Source: an uncultured Hellea sp.
GTDB lineage: Bacteria > Pseudomonadota > Alphaproteobacteria > Caulobacterales > Maricaulaceae
Direction: 5' to 3'
DNA length: 57,526 nucleotides
Assembly: GCA_964463835.1 (NCBI GenBank)
Contig: CAYXEB010000001.1
Coordinates: 1 to 57,526 of the forward strand
Shown: piece by piece, positions 48,148 to 57,526 of the stretch
Position numbering within the stretch: the first letter of the stretch is position 1
Layout of the letters: each line of letters opens with the position of its first letter
Made by a program: the position numbers and the translations under genes
Notes under the pieces: generated by a model
Seen by the model: the letters and a program-made list of their open reading frames with translations, nothing else
The model's database searches: none
What the model was told of the DNA's origin: nothing

Positions 48148-48669
48148 ATGCCTAAATCACCCTCCCGCCTCTCGCTAATTGCCGACGCTGCGAAAATTTA
48201 TGGCGCCAGAAGTTTTGACAACTACGCGCAAATTAGGTCGGTTGCTGAACAAATACGTGATGGATTGTGTGAATGGTTAGACAGTGGGAGGCAATGTGTC
48301 TTTTTAGTTCCCCCGCAAGGTGCTTTTACAGCACAGAATTACCGATCAGGGGCATTTTCGGTTACGGGAAAGGGTTTTTTGCCCTTAGAGCCCATTAGCT
48401 TTGGTTTAGCGATAAATATCTCCGGAGAAGGAGATTTTATGCGACTTGTCCTCACGTGCCGTAAAGAAGGCGAAAAAATGTTTATCCATGTTGACGAAGG
48501 CAATGAGGCAGATTTGATGCTGCCGCCCAACGAGGAAGGGCTTATTCAGTTTTATGAGAAAATTTTCGACCATTTGATGAATTGGTTTGAGGGGCGCGTG
48601 GACCAATATGATAATGGTAGCTACGGCAACAATGATATCGGATTTGATATTATGCGCGTTGACGATTAG
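48148..48669 (+). CDS. hypothetical protein
   Basis: 173-aa ORF that fills the gap, with protein-like composition; no family recognised. Confidence 0.7.
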   Translation: MPKSPSRLSLIADAAKIYGARSFDNYAQIRSVAEQIRDGLCEWLDSGRQCVFLVPPQGAFTAQNYRSGAFSVTGKGFLPLEPISFGLAINISGEGDFMRLVLTCRKEGEKMFIHVDEGNEADLMLPPNEEGLIQFYEKIFDHLMNWFEGRVDQYDNGSYGNNDIGFDIMRVDD

Positions 48670-48705
48670 TTTAACCCCAGCAATATTCGATAAAGGTTTT
48701 AAATT

Positions 48706-50649
48706 ATGGCTGCTTCTGCCGATGCTGCTCATCATGTAGTTAATATGCTCCCATTCAAAATCGCCTTAATTGGCGTTCTTGGAATTGGTGCTCAATGGCT
48801 CGCATGGAAAATACAACGTCCTGCAATTGTTCTTATGGCGATCGCAGGGTTAATTTTTGGCCCGCTAATTGGCTGGCTTTTAGGCATGTCTTTGCCGGGG
48901 CCTCTTGAACATGGTTTAGAGTTTTTCAGACTAGACCCCATTAATGACTTTGAGGATCTCTATCGGCCGATGATTGGACTGGCCGTTGCTATCATCCTTT
49001 TCGAAGGCGGTATGACGTTAAGCCTCAAAGATCTGGGTGATGCACGCAATGCGGTGATACGTATGGTGATACTTGCTGCGCCGATTGCCTGGATTTTGGG
49101 TGCCTGCGCGTCACATTATATTGTCGGCTTGCCCTGGGATATATCGGCAATGGTTGGCGGATTATTTGTTGTTACGGGTCCGACCGTTATTATGCCGCTC
49201 TTGCGTCAAGCCCATTTGAAATCCCGTCCTGCCAATGTTTTGAAATGGGAGGGGATTGTAAATGACCCCCTCGGCGCCCTTTTTGCGGTTGGCGGCTATG
49301 AATTTATTCGCTTCTCACTCACCGAAGCCTCTATGTTTTGGGTTTTTTGTAAGCTAGGGTTTGCGGCAGTATTTGGAACGATAATTGGTGTTATTTCCGG
49401 CTTCGGTTTAGCCTGGGCCTTCCGCCGGGGACATATTCCCGAATATCTCAAAGCTCCAGTTGTTATGGCCTGGGTTCTGGCAATTTACGTGCTCGCAAAT
49501 GCGATGGCAGATGAAACAGGTCTTCTTGCAGTGACGGCCATGGGGATGACCATGGCGAATACGAAATTCGCCGCGATGGTTGAAATGCGCCGCTTTAAAG
49601 AAACTATCGCGATTATTTTAGTATCAGGCGTATTTGTTATTTTAACGGCGACCTTGACCCCTGATGTGCTCAAAGCATTTTTGGTGGAATGGCGTATTGG
49701 CGCTTTCGTTTTGACGATGATGCTGATTGTTCGTCCTGTTGCTGTTATGCTCTCAACGCTTTGGTCAGGCTTGCATTGGAAAGAATCATTTTTAATTAGT
49801 TTTATAGCCCCGCGCGGGGTTGTGGCTGTGGCGGTTGCGGGTCTTTTCGCGGCAGAGCTTACAGCGATTGGTCGTCCAGAAGGCGCGCTCTTTGTGCCGT
49901 TGGCTTTTGCGCTTGTATTTGCGACAGTTTTATTCGCGGGCTTTTTCATTGGCCCTATTTCTAAAGCTCTCGGCCTTGCTGCGGGCGGAGGAGATGGCGT
50001 TTTGATTGTGGGGGCAAATCCGTGGTCATTGGGATTGGCAAAAGCATTGAAAGAAATGGATGTAAAAGTGTTAGTTGCCGATACAAATTGGCGGCGTTTA
50101 CGCGGGGCCCGTCTTGAAGGCCATAAAACATTTTATGGCGAAGTTTTATCTGAAAACGCCGATTTCCGTCTAGACCATTCAGCATTTAATCATCTCATTG
50201 CGGCCACCCCAAATGATGCTTACAATGCTCTAGTCTGTGTTGAATTCGCGCCTGAGCTTGGGCGTCACCGGGTTTTCCAATTGACCTCTCAAGATAATGA
50301 TGAAGATGATGAGGATACCATTGCCTTTACATCAAGGGGGCGGACGCTGACTTCGCGCGGGCGTAGTTTTGATGCTTTGACTCGCGACTGGTGGGGAGGA
50401 TGGCGCTTTAGGTCAACGACTCTATCCGAAGAATATACCTTAGATGATTTATATAGAGACCGAGGCGATGATTTAGATCTTGTATTGGCGAAAACGCCTA
50501 ACGGCCTTGATTTTATACAGCCTGGCCAAGAGGCACGGGCTGACGGATCAACTGTTCTAAGTTTTTGTCCTGTGAAAGATAAAGATAATCGCGGCGCTGG
50601 GGCCAAAGAGCCTGGCTTAGCGGGTCCTGCCGCGCCTTTGCCCTCTTAA
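48706..50649 (+). CDS. CPA1 (NhaP-type) cation:proton antiporter with a C-terminal RCK/TrkA-N-like domain
   Basis: ILFEGG, VTGPTV, WEGIVNDP, APRGVVA, GVLIVGA. Confidence 0.9.
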   Translation: MAASADAAHHVVNMLPFKIALIGVLGIGAQWLAWKIQRPAIVLMAIAGLIFGPLIGWLLGMSLPGPLEHGLEFFRLDPINDFEDLYRPMIGLAVAIILFEGGMTLSLKDLGDARNAVIRMVILAAPIAWILGACASHYIVGLPWDISAMVGGLFVVTGPTVIMPLLRQAHLKSRPANVLKWEGIVNDPLGALFAVGGYEFIRFSLTEASMFWVFCKLGFAAVFGTIIGVISGFGLAWAFRRGHIPEYLKAPVVMAWVLAIYVLANAMADETGLLAVTAMGMTMANTKFAAMVEMRRFKETIAIILVSGVFVILTATLTPDVLKAFLVEWRIGAFVLTMMLIVRPVAVMLSTLWSGLHWKESFLISFIAPRGVVAVAVAGLFAAELTAIGRPEGALFVPLAFALVFATVLFAGFFIGPISKALGLAAGGGDGVLIVGANPWSLGLAKALKEMDVKVLVADTNWRRLRGARLEGHKTFYGEVLSENADFRLDHSAFNHLIAATPNDAYNALVCVEFAPELGRHRVFQLTSQDNDEDDEDTIAFTSRGRTLTSRGRSFDALTRDWWGGWRFRSTTLSEEYTLDDLYRDRGDDLDLVLAKTPNGLDFIQPGQEARADGSTVLSFCPVKDKDNRGAGAKEPGLAGPAAPLPS

Positions 50650-50745
50650 ACTACTATTCAATAGATTTTAGAGGTCTTCACGCCTACTTAATCTTATAAC
50701 GGCATACGGTTAATTCAAATTAACTGGTATGCCGAGATTAACTCC

Positions 50746-52614
50746 GTGGAAAACCGTTTTGGTAAAATTAAGGCGATAAGCAAAAGCTTGGCATTATGCT
50801 TTGGCTTGGGCGCCTATGCTTGCGGCATGATTATTTTTTGCGCCGTAGCAATGGCAACCAAAAACATGCCCTCCGCAGAAACTTTATGGAAACCAAATCG
50901 TCCCGTAAGTATCCAAATTGTAGATCGATACGGTCGCGATATTCTGGTTCGCGGAGCTTCATTTGCGCCTCGTGTTAAATTGGAAAACTTGCCGGCTCAT
51001 GTTCCTGCAACGATTATAGCCGCAGAGGACCGACGATTTCGATATCATGTAGGCTTTGACCCTAAGGCTTTAACGCGGGCCATGGTTAAAAATATCAAAG
51101 CGGGGCGTTACGTTGAAGGGGGTTCAACTTTGACGCAACAACTCTCAAAAAATGTATTTTTGACACCGAATAAAACGCTGCGGCGAAAAGCTCAAGAGAT
51201 GATGCTGTCGATATGGCTTGAACAGGCCTTCACCAAGGATGAGATTTTAGAAATGTATCTCTCTCGCGTTTATTTTGGAAGCGGCGCCTGGGGGCTCGAA
51301 GCCGCCAGCAAAAGATATCTTGGAAAACCAGCTAACCAACTCACAATCGCAGAAGGCGCAATGATGGCGGGTCTCTTAAAAGCGCCGTCTTTGTATAATC
51401 CAGTCAGTGCACCTGAGAGATCTTCAAAACGTACGGCCCTTGTTCTTCAGTTAATGGCCCAGCAGAACCTAATTGATCATTATACACATTATCGATCTTT
51501 AACTGATGTTATTGAAATTCGTCGTCCGCAATCTGATAATAGCGCGCAATATTTTGTAGATTGGATTTGGCCATATCTTGAACAAGCGGTTGGCACGCCG
51601 ACCCAAGATATGGTTGTCCAAACGACATTGGATCTTAAAGCCCAGATACAAGCTGGTCAAAGCCTGAACCAACGGCTCGACCCCAAACGTAATGTCACAC
51701 AAGGAGCTTTGGTATCTCTTGATGGGACAGGCGGAGTTCTCGCTATGGTCGGCGGGCGCGATTATACCCAAAGTCAGTTTAACCGCGCGGCACAAGCCGA
51801 GCGTCAGCCTGGGTCTGCATTTAAGCCCTTTGTATATTTAACCGCGTTAAGAGCTGGGCTAACCCCGTGGGATAGGCGGGAAGATAAACCGATAAAAATA
51901 GGCGATTGGGAGCCTGAAAATTTTACCGAAGAATTCAAGGGTAAAATGACCTTAGAAAATGCGTTTAGAAACTCAATTAACAGTATAGCGGTTGGTCTTG
52001 CAGAAGAGGTCGGTCGTCAACAAGTCATTGATACTGCTGATGAATTTGGCCTTACAGGCCTCGAGCCATTACGTAGTCTCGCGCTTGGCGCACAGGCGAC
52101 AAGCCCTCTGCAATTGACCGCTAGCTACCTCCCATTTTCTAATTACGGGAAAACCGCTGACCCTTACGGTATTTTATCCGTATCAACGGCCGACGGAACT
52201 CCTTTATATGACCGTCCCGTTAAAAATAATCCGCGTATTATATCTTCGCAAAACCTTTCGCATATGAATCGTATAATGACCCGTGCTGTTGAGCTAGGTA
52301 CAGGGCGTCGCGCTTTAATTCAGGGCCGACATATAGGCGGAAAAACGGGTACGACAAATGACTTTAGAGATGCTTGGTTCGTTGGATACGCGCCCGATAT
52401 TGTAACTGGCGTTTGGGTTGGCGCGGATGATTTTACGCCGATGGATAAAGTTACAGGCGGATCTATTCCGGCCTCAATCTGGAAAGATTTTATGGAAGAG
52501 GCGCTCCAAGACATGCCTAAAACCGCGCTTCCTGTCTCGACGGAACCGATTTGGAAACGCCAAGAAAACGTACTCGAAAATCTATTAAACGATATTGAGG
52601 ATGCCTTACCTTGA
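50746..52614 (+). CDS. class A penicillin-binding protein (PBP1A family)
   Basis: EDRRF, GGSTLTQQ, RKAQE; SAFK, SIN, KTG. Confidence 0.93.
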   Translation: MENRFGKIKAISKSLALCFGLGAYACGMIIFCAVAMATKNMPSAETLWKPNRPVSIQIVDRYGRDILVRGASFAPRVKLENLPAHVPATIIAAEDRRFRYHVGFDPKALTRAMVKNIKAGRYVEGGSTLTQQLSKNVFLTPNKTLRRKAQEMMLSIWLEQAFTKDEILEMYLSRVYFGSGAWGLEAASKRYLGKPANQLTIAEGAMMAGLLKAPSLYNPVSAPERSSKRTALVLQLMAQQNLIDHYTHYRSLTDVIEIRRPQSDNSAQYFVDWIWPYLEQAVGTPTQDMVVQTTLDLKAQIQAGQSLNQRLDPKRNVTQGALVSLDGTGGVLAMVGGRDYTQSQFNRAAQAERQPGSAFKPFVYLTALRAGLTPWDRREDKPIKIGDWEPENFTEEFKGKMTLENAFRNSINSIAVGLAEEVGRQQVIDTADEFGLTGLEPLRSLALGAQATSPLQLTASYLPFSNYGKTADPYGILSVSTADGTPLYDRPVKNNPRIISSQNLSHMNRIMTRAVELGTGRRALIQGRHIGGKTGTTNDFRDAWFVGYAPDIVTGVWVGADDFTPMDKVTGGSIPASIWKDFMEEALQDMPKTALPVSTEPIWKRQENVLENLLNDIEDALP

Positions 52615-52625
52615 AGGCTTGGTGT

Positions 52626-53453
52626 TTAATCTCTTAAGAGCTCGTTTACTCCTGTTTTAGACCGCGTTTTAGCGTCCACAGTTTTTACGATAACCGCGCA
52701 GTTCAGATTATGACTTCCATCTTTTGATGGCAAAGAGCCAGGCACAACAACTGAATAAGCCGGGACTTCTCCATAGCTAACGTCGCCCGTTGCTCGGTTA
52801 TATATTTTTGTGGATTGAGACAGGTAAACCCCCATTGCAAGCACAGCGCCTTCGCGAACAATAACGCCTTCAACGATCTCTGAGCGCGCTCCGATAAAGC
52901 AATTATCTTCGATAATTGTGGGGTTAGCTTGCAGAGGTTCTAAGACCCCGCCAATACCAACGCCGCCAGAGAGGTGACAATTTTTTCCGATCTGAGCGCA
53001 AGATCCAACAGTTGTCCATGTATCGACCATTGTGCCTTCATCGACATAAGCGCCTATATTGACATAGCTGGGCATTAAAACCACATTTGGTGCGATGAAG
53101 CTCCCGCGACGTGCGGCACAATTTGGAACCGCGCGAAATCCAGCTTTTGAAAATTCAGTTTCACCCCAACCTTCAAATTTAGACGGTACTTTATCCCACC
53201 AACTTCCGCTATTTGGGCCGCCGCTCATCAAGCCATTTGCGTGAAGGCGAAACCCCAAAAGAACAGCTTTTTTGAGCCATTGATGGACAACCCAATCATT
53301 ATTCCCGGTTTTTTCCGCCACGCGCATCTTGCCGCTATCAAGGGCCAGAATGGCTGTTTCCACGGCCTCACGATGTTCCCCTGTTGTTTCGGGGGATAAC
53401 TCTGCTCGTGCCTCCCAAGCCGCATTTATTGTGTTTTCCAGTGCGGTATTCAT
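52626..53453 (-). CDS. dapD: tetrahydrodipicolinate N-succinyltransferase
   Basis: ATG at 53453 with GAGG SD; [29 protein letters not shown]. Confidence 0.96.
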   Translation of the reverse strand: MNTALENTINAAWEARAELSPETTGEHREAVETAILALDSGKMRVAEKTGNNDWVVHQWLKKAVLLGFRLHANGLMSGGPNSGSWWDKVPSKFEGWGETEFSKAGFRAVPNCAARRGSFIAPNVVLMPSYVNIGAYVDEGTMVDTWTTVGSCAQIGKNCHLSGGVGIGGVLEPLQANPTIIEDNCFIGARSEIVEGVIVREGAVLAMGVYLSQSTKIYNRATGDVSYGEVPAYSVVVPGSLPSKDGSHNLNCAVIVKTVDAKTRSKTGVNELLRD

Positions 53454-53510
53454 ATTCGGTATCCTCATAAAGTCAGGGCAACATAAAGCCGTCAAAGGTA
53501 ATTTCAATAT

Positions 53511-53966
53511 TCAATTGCCGTGTTTTAATTTTTCTATTGTTCTATGCAGGCTTTCGAGAAATGAAGATCGGTCTTTATGGGTAAAAGGCGGAGGTCCTCC
53601 AATATTAGGTATATCCGCGCCAGCGCGAAGGTCCGCCATAATCGCGCGTGTAGCAATGGCTCCGCCAATAGAGTCTTTGGTAAAGGCCTTGCCATTTGGC
53701 GCCAAAACGGCCGCATTAGATTTCAAACACCGTTCTGCCAATAAAATATCAGAGGTGATGACAATGGTTTGGGCGTTTGCGCGCTCGGCGATATAGTCAT
53801 CGGCAGCGTCAAAATTATCAGAAACAGCTATAAACTTTATCAAAGGCTCGCGCGGAACCCGCAAAAATGAATTACTCACTACGGTAACGGGGACGGAGTG
53901 GCGCCGCGCGACTTTATAGGTTTCCTCCCTCACTGGACAGGCATCAGCGTCTATATAAATTTGCAT
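53511..53966 (-). CDS. YaiI/YqxD family protein (UPF0178)
   Basis: MQIYIDADACPV, DAADDYI, VITSDILLA. Confidence 0.9.
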   Translation of the reverse strand: MQIYIDADACPVREETYKVARRHSVPVTVVSNSFLRVPREPLIKFIAVSDNFDAADDYIAERANAQTIVITSDILLAERCLKSNAAVLAPNGKAFTKDSIGGAIATRAIMADLRAGADIPNIGGPPPFTHKDRSSFLESLHRTIEKLKHGN

Positions 53967-54119
53967 CTGGGCGTTATGTGCCAATATGAGACAAGACACT
54001 AGCAAAATTACATGAAGTCATGATAATTTGGCATTGTTTTTGCTTATATTTTTGTTAATGAGAATACTGGCGAATATTTGAACAATTACGGACTAATATT
54101 TGTCAAACATGGGGCGAAT

Positions 54120-55487
54120 ATGAGTTACGCAAATTTTAAACGTGCACTTTGGGGTGCGTGTAAACTTTTTACAATTACAATGCTATGTTTTTGCGCTGCC
54201 GTTTTCTCACCGGTAGCTCAGGCTCAAGTGGTAGAAACTCGTACTTTCATTTCCGCCCAAGATGTTTATGAAAACCCTGATGATCATGAATTGAATCTTG
54301 AATATGCTAAGCAGGAAATACGCCGGGGCGAAATGCTTAACGCGGCCTCGGCTCTTGAGCGGATGCTTTATGCTAATCCGAACTGGCATTCATCGCGTCT
54401 TTTATATGCCGCTGTACTCTATCGACTTGATGATTCTAAAGCTGCGCTCAGAGAATTATCTCTATTAAAGGGACGAGAATTAAATGATCATCAAATGGAA
54501 ACCTATCAGCGTTATTTAACTGAATTTGAAAAACCTCTACCAGCCTTAACAGCGACAACTAATACCGCATTTGAACAAAATAGCGTTGTTTACCAACCGT
54601 TTGACCCCGTTTCCGCCGAAGTTATTGTGGGGGTTCGCTTGGATAACAATGCGGGGAATGCTTTATCCGACGAAGGTTTCGGCTTTGAAAATAACCGAGG
54701 AGATGTATCGGTTCATGCGCAAGGACGGATAAAGCTTAAGAAGCGCATTTCGGCTAAAAAGAATGTCACGGCTCATGCTGCCATTGGCGGACAATTTCGC
54801 AGTCATGAAACATTCTCGGAGACTGATTACAATGTTATTGATTTACAAGCAGGCCTAAGCGCTAGGCCGAGCGGAAAAGGACATATGTCATTTAATATAG
54901 ATGCGCGGCAAGTTAATATTAGCGGTGAAAAATACCTCAACCAAATTGGGCCGCGGGTAACATTTCAACAAAAAGTGACTGAGAAGAGTCGTGCCACAGT
55001 CACGGTTGCGGCTTATGACCAAGATTATGATGCTCTTAGACGTGCGCCTCGGGAGGATGAGCGCGATGGAGTGAAAACACGTTTCCAATTAGGCGTTCAA
55101 ACGGCGTTAAACCCTTCGCAAAAAATTAATTGGGCCGTAAGCTATGATACAAAGGATGCTGAAATTGGAGCTTTTTCATACGATGGACCTAGAGGATTGG
55201 TAAGTTTTACCCATGAATTTAAAAATAAGACTTATTTAAATTCTCAAGCACAGGTTCGAAGGTTAAATTATAAAGGTAGTTTAGATGCTGCCGTAGATGA
55301 GCGCAAAGACACGCGAGTTTTCCTCCGTCAGTCCTTAGGTGCGCCGTTAAAAATGTTTATGCCAAACTCAAAAGTCGACAATGTCGATATTGAATTTGGT
55401 ATTAATTATAATGAGCGGAAGTCTAATATAGATTCAAATGATTATGATAATCTAGGTGTAGATTTTAAATTGAAATTCAATTTTTAA
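54120..55487 (+). CDS. outer-membrane protein with N-terminal TPR and C-terminal beta-barrel (Slam/DUF560-like)
   Basis: Signal peptide ending AQA; TPR-like segment NLEYAKQEIRRGEMLNAASALERML...RLLYAAVLYRL; alternating amphipathic strands; terminal FKLKFNF. Confidence 0.7.
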   Translation: MSYANFKRALWGACKLFTITMLCFCAAVFSPVAQAQVVETRTFISAQDVYENPDDHELNLEYAKQEIRRGEMLNAASALERMLYANPNWHSSRLLYAAVLYRLDDSKAALRELSLLKGRELNDHQMETYQRYLTEFEKPLPALTATTNTAFEQNSVVYQPFDPVSAEVIVGVRLDNNAGNALSDEGFGFENNRGDVSVHAQGRIKLKKRISAKKNVTAHAAIGGQFRSHETFSETDYNVIDLQAGLSARPSGKGHMSFNIDARQVNISGEKYLNQIGPRVTFQQKVTEKSRATVTVAAYDQDYDALRRAPREDERDGVKTRFQLGVQTALNPSQKINWAVSYDTKDAEIGAFSYDGPRGLVSFTHEFKNKTYLNSQAQVRRLNYKGSLDAAVDERKDTRVFLRQSLGAPLKMFMPNSKVDNVDIEFGINYNERKSNIDSNDYDNLGVDFKLKFNF

Positions 55488-55506
55488 GGTTGGCGCAGGA
55501 GTTAAT

Positions 55507-56403
55507 ATGAAATTGCTAAGTTTTTCAAGACAGGTGAAGCTGGTGAGCTGCATATTTATGGCTATTCCATCTATAGCTTATGGGGCAGAGGCAATCGAGG
55601 TTGGCCGTAATTCGGCTGTAAAGGGTACTGTCAAAATTTTAAGTCAAGAAGAAACTGAAGCCCGGCAAGCTATTATTAAAGAACCCGTTTTATTAAATGA
55701 CAAGGTTACATCCAAAATAGGGTCTAGCCTGCAAGTTTTACTTAAAGATAACAGTACATTTACGGTTGGTCCACAATGCGATATGATTATCGACGAGTTT
55801 GTCTATGATCCCAATACTGAAAGCAACTCGCTATCTGCAAACGTAAAAAAGGGAATGTTTCGGTTTACATCAGGGCAAGTTTCTAAAACAAACCCTGATA
55901 AAATTAATGTGACAACACCTACAGCTTCAATGGGTATTCGTGGGACTATGGTTGAAGTTTTGGTCGGGCCAGAGGCCTTTTTATGTGCTAAAAAGGAAGG
56001 ATTGCTTGCGGGTGATATACGTCTGGACCACGCAGGCGCAACATTGGTCATTTTGCGAGGACCAGGAAAAAACACAACCTCTTTAAATCGTCCTGGTGAC
56101 GTCCTTATTGAATCGGGTGGTAAAACCGTCCAATTGACCGAAAGTGGTACAGGCGTGCTGGTATCTAACGCCGACCAAAAACCATCGGAACCCTTTGTTG
56201 TTTCGGATGTTTTATTTAATTATTTCAATAGACGTCTACGTACAAAACCTACTCAAATTGGAAATTTCAGGCCATTTGAATTTACTGATGAGTGGTTTGA
56301 ACCTTGGTTACAAAGAGGGGAAGAAGAGCCTCAGTTGTTTACGCCATTGGATTCAATTGAAGATACCGACTGGCCGTCACAAATTTTGGATGATGGTCTT
56401 TAA
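55507..56403 (+). CDS. exported FecR-domain protein
   Basis: AGGAG SD; signal peptide; DNSTFTVG, IDEFVYDP, GMFRFTSG, TPTASMGIRGT. Confidence 0.82.
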   Translation: MKLLSFSRQVKLVSCIFMAIPSIAYGAEAIEVGRNSAVKGTVKILSQEETEARQAIIKEPVLLNDKVTSKIGSSLQVLLKDNSTFTVGPQCDMIIDEFVYDPNTESNSLSANVKKGMFRFTSGQVSKTNPDKINVTTPTASMGIRGTMVEVLVGPEAFLCAKKEGLLAGDIRLDHAGATLVILRGPGKNTTSLNRPGDVLIESGGKTVQLTESGTGVLVSNADQKPSEPFVVSDVLFNYFNRRLRTKPTQIGNFRPFEFTDEWFEPWLQRGEEEPQLFTPLDSIEDTDWPSQILDDGL

Positions 56404-56682
56404 TCGCAAAAGTGAATTTTAGGGAACTATCTCTGCTTGGAACAAAGTCATAAAAATACCGATCGTTTCGATCTAAGCGCTTCTGCTGGCGCTTAAGGCT
56501 TTAGATATTTAAATTATTTAAAGAAGGCCTTAGGTCTTTTTTTGGAAATGCGGCTACCAAAAGCCTTTCAGATAAGGTTCTGCTGTGGCAGAAATGCACC
56601 CACAGCTACTGCGCCTGCGGAACTTGAGAAATACTTGATTTTAAAGGTGTATAACGTCTTAGAACTCAAGATAGAGATAAAT

Positions 56683-56847
56683 ATGAGTAAGGTTTTTAAG
56701 ACAGCCGCCGCCGCTTCGGCCGGGCTCTGTCAAAATGATATGACCGTCATGTCGGGCGGCTTAGGCGATTATGAGGGCACAATTATCGTTATTGGGGATG
56801 AGCTTGACTTAATGCATAGGGGTTTTTTCCAACTGTTTGAAGCATAG
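56683..56847 (+). pseudogene. fragment of CoA-transferase subunit A (ScoA/AtoD-like) N-terminus
   Basis: MSKVFKTAAAASAGLCQNDMTVMSGGLG resembles CoA-transferase alpha N-termini, then diverges and stops at 54 aa. Confidence 0.55.
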
Positions 56848-56853
56848 AGTAAA

Positions 56854-57526
56854 ATGTATAAAAAACAAGAGTTTACAGTAAGCGTTGCGCCCATGATGGA
56901 TTGGACGGATCGGCATTGTCGTTGGTTTCATCGTCAATTGTCCCGCCGTGTCTTACTTTACACTGAAATGGTAACAGCTAACGCCGTTATTCACGGGGAT
57001 AGGGATTACCTAATTGGGTTTAATCCAGCTGAACACCCTATCGCCCTACAAATTGGCGGGAGTGAGCCTGAGGCGCTGGCAAAAGCTGCTAATATTGGGG
57101 AAGACTTTGGATATGATGAAATAAATATCAATATTGGGTGTCCGTCCGATAGGGTTCAGTCTGGCCGTTTTGGAGCCTGCCTTATGGCTGAGCCAGATTT
57201 AGTCGCGCAGTGTTATACGTCTATGTCCGAGGCGGTTAACATCCCCGTTACTGTCAAATGCCGTCTTGGAATAGATGATCAAAACTTAAAAAAAACTTTA
57301 CCAGAATTTATCGAAAAGGTTTCAAGCGCCGGGTGTAAGCATTTCATCATCCATGCGCGCAAAGCATGGCTTAAAGGCCTATCGCCTAAAGAAAACCGTG
57401 ATGTTCCTCCGCTTAATTACGAATTGGTCAAAGCTATGAAGGTGGCCTATCCCGCATTAGAGATTGTTTTAAATGGCGGATTGAAAACGCTAGCGGCAGC
57501 TCAGTCTGAGAGCGAGGGCCTTAACG
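56854..57526 (+). CDS. dusA: tRNA-dihydrouridine synthase A; runs off the window edge
   Basis: Not in the ORF track. Manual translation gives [45 protein letters not shown] and [16 protein letters not shown]. Confidence 0.96.
   Translation, partial: MYKKQEFTVSVAPMMDWTDRHCRWFHRQLSRRVLLYTEMVTANAVIHGDRDYLIGFNPAEHPIALQIGGSEPEALAKAANIGEDFGYDEININIGCPSDRVQSGRFGACLMAEPDLVAQCYTSMSEAVNIPVTVKCRLGIDDQNLKKTLPEFIEKVSSAGCKHFIIHARKAWLKGLSPKENRDVPPLNYELVKAMKVAYPALEIVLNGGLKTLAAAQSESEGLN

Noticed and set aside
56542-56682. N-terminal 47 aa of track ORF 56542-56847
   Set aside because: No RBS or similarity; the recognisable sequence starts at ATG 56683.
54006-56900. Intact dusA-associated genomic island
   Set aside because: No integrase and no duplicated dusA 5' segment seen in the window.

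Overview
Core chromosomal region of an alphaproteobacterium, probably Caulobacterales/Maricaulales-like (inferred from gene order, protein sequences and promoter style). It spans the probable replication origin, an extremely AT-rich 397-bp gap at 30502-30898 between divergent hemE and ppsR-maf-aroE-coaE-dnaQ, and the parABS centromere (three perfect parS sites plus mnmE-mnmG-rsmG-parA-parB). Most of the roughly 50 genes are housekeeping: ffh, rpsP, queG, prmC, infC, yggS, leuS, lptE, holA, ibpA, panE, rho, hemJ, hslO, trkH, a PBP1A, dapD and dusA. I saw no tRNA, rRNA, CRISPR array, integrase or transposase. The best non-coding signals are a DnaA-box/DnaA-trio/AT-tract unwinding module in the origin, an RpoH promoter and ROSE thermometer before ibpA, a candidate 3'UTR sRNA with a CCUCCUCCC anti-SD loop after ibpA, a long structured ffh leader, a non-AUG (ATC) start for infC, and a probably leaderless RpoH-driven hslO. 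Notable proteins are a porin with a ~200-aa prion-like N-terminal extension, an SDR-ABM fusion, an exported methyltransferase, and an orphan TPR/beta-barrel (Slam-like) plus FecR-domain pair next to pseudogene debris. All calls come from motif recognition by eye; no searches or folding programs were run.
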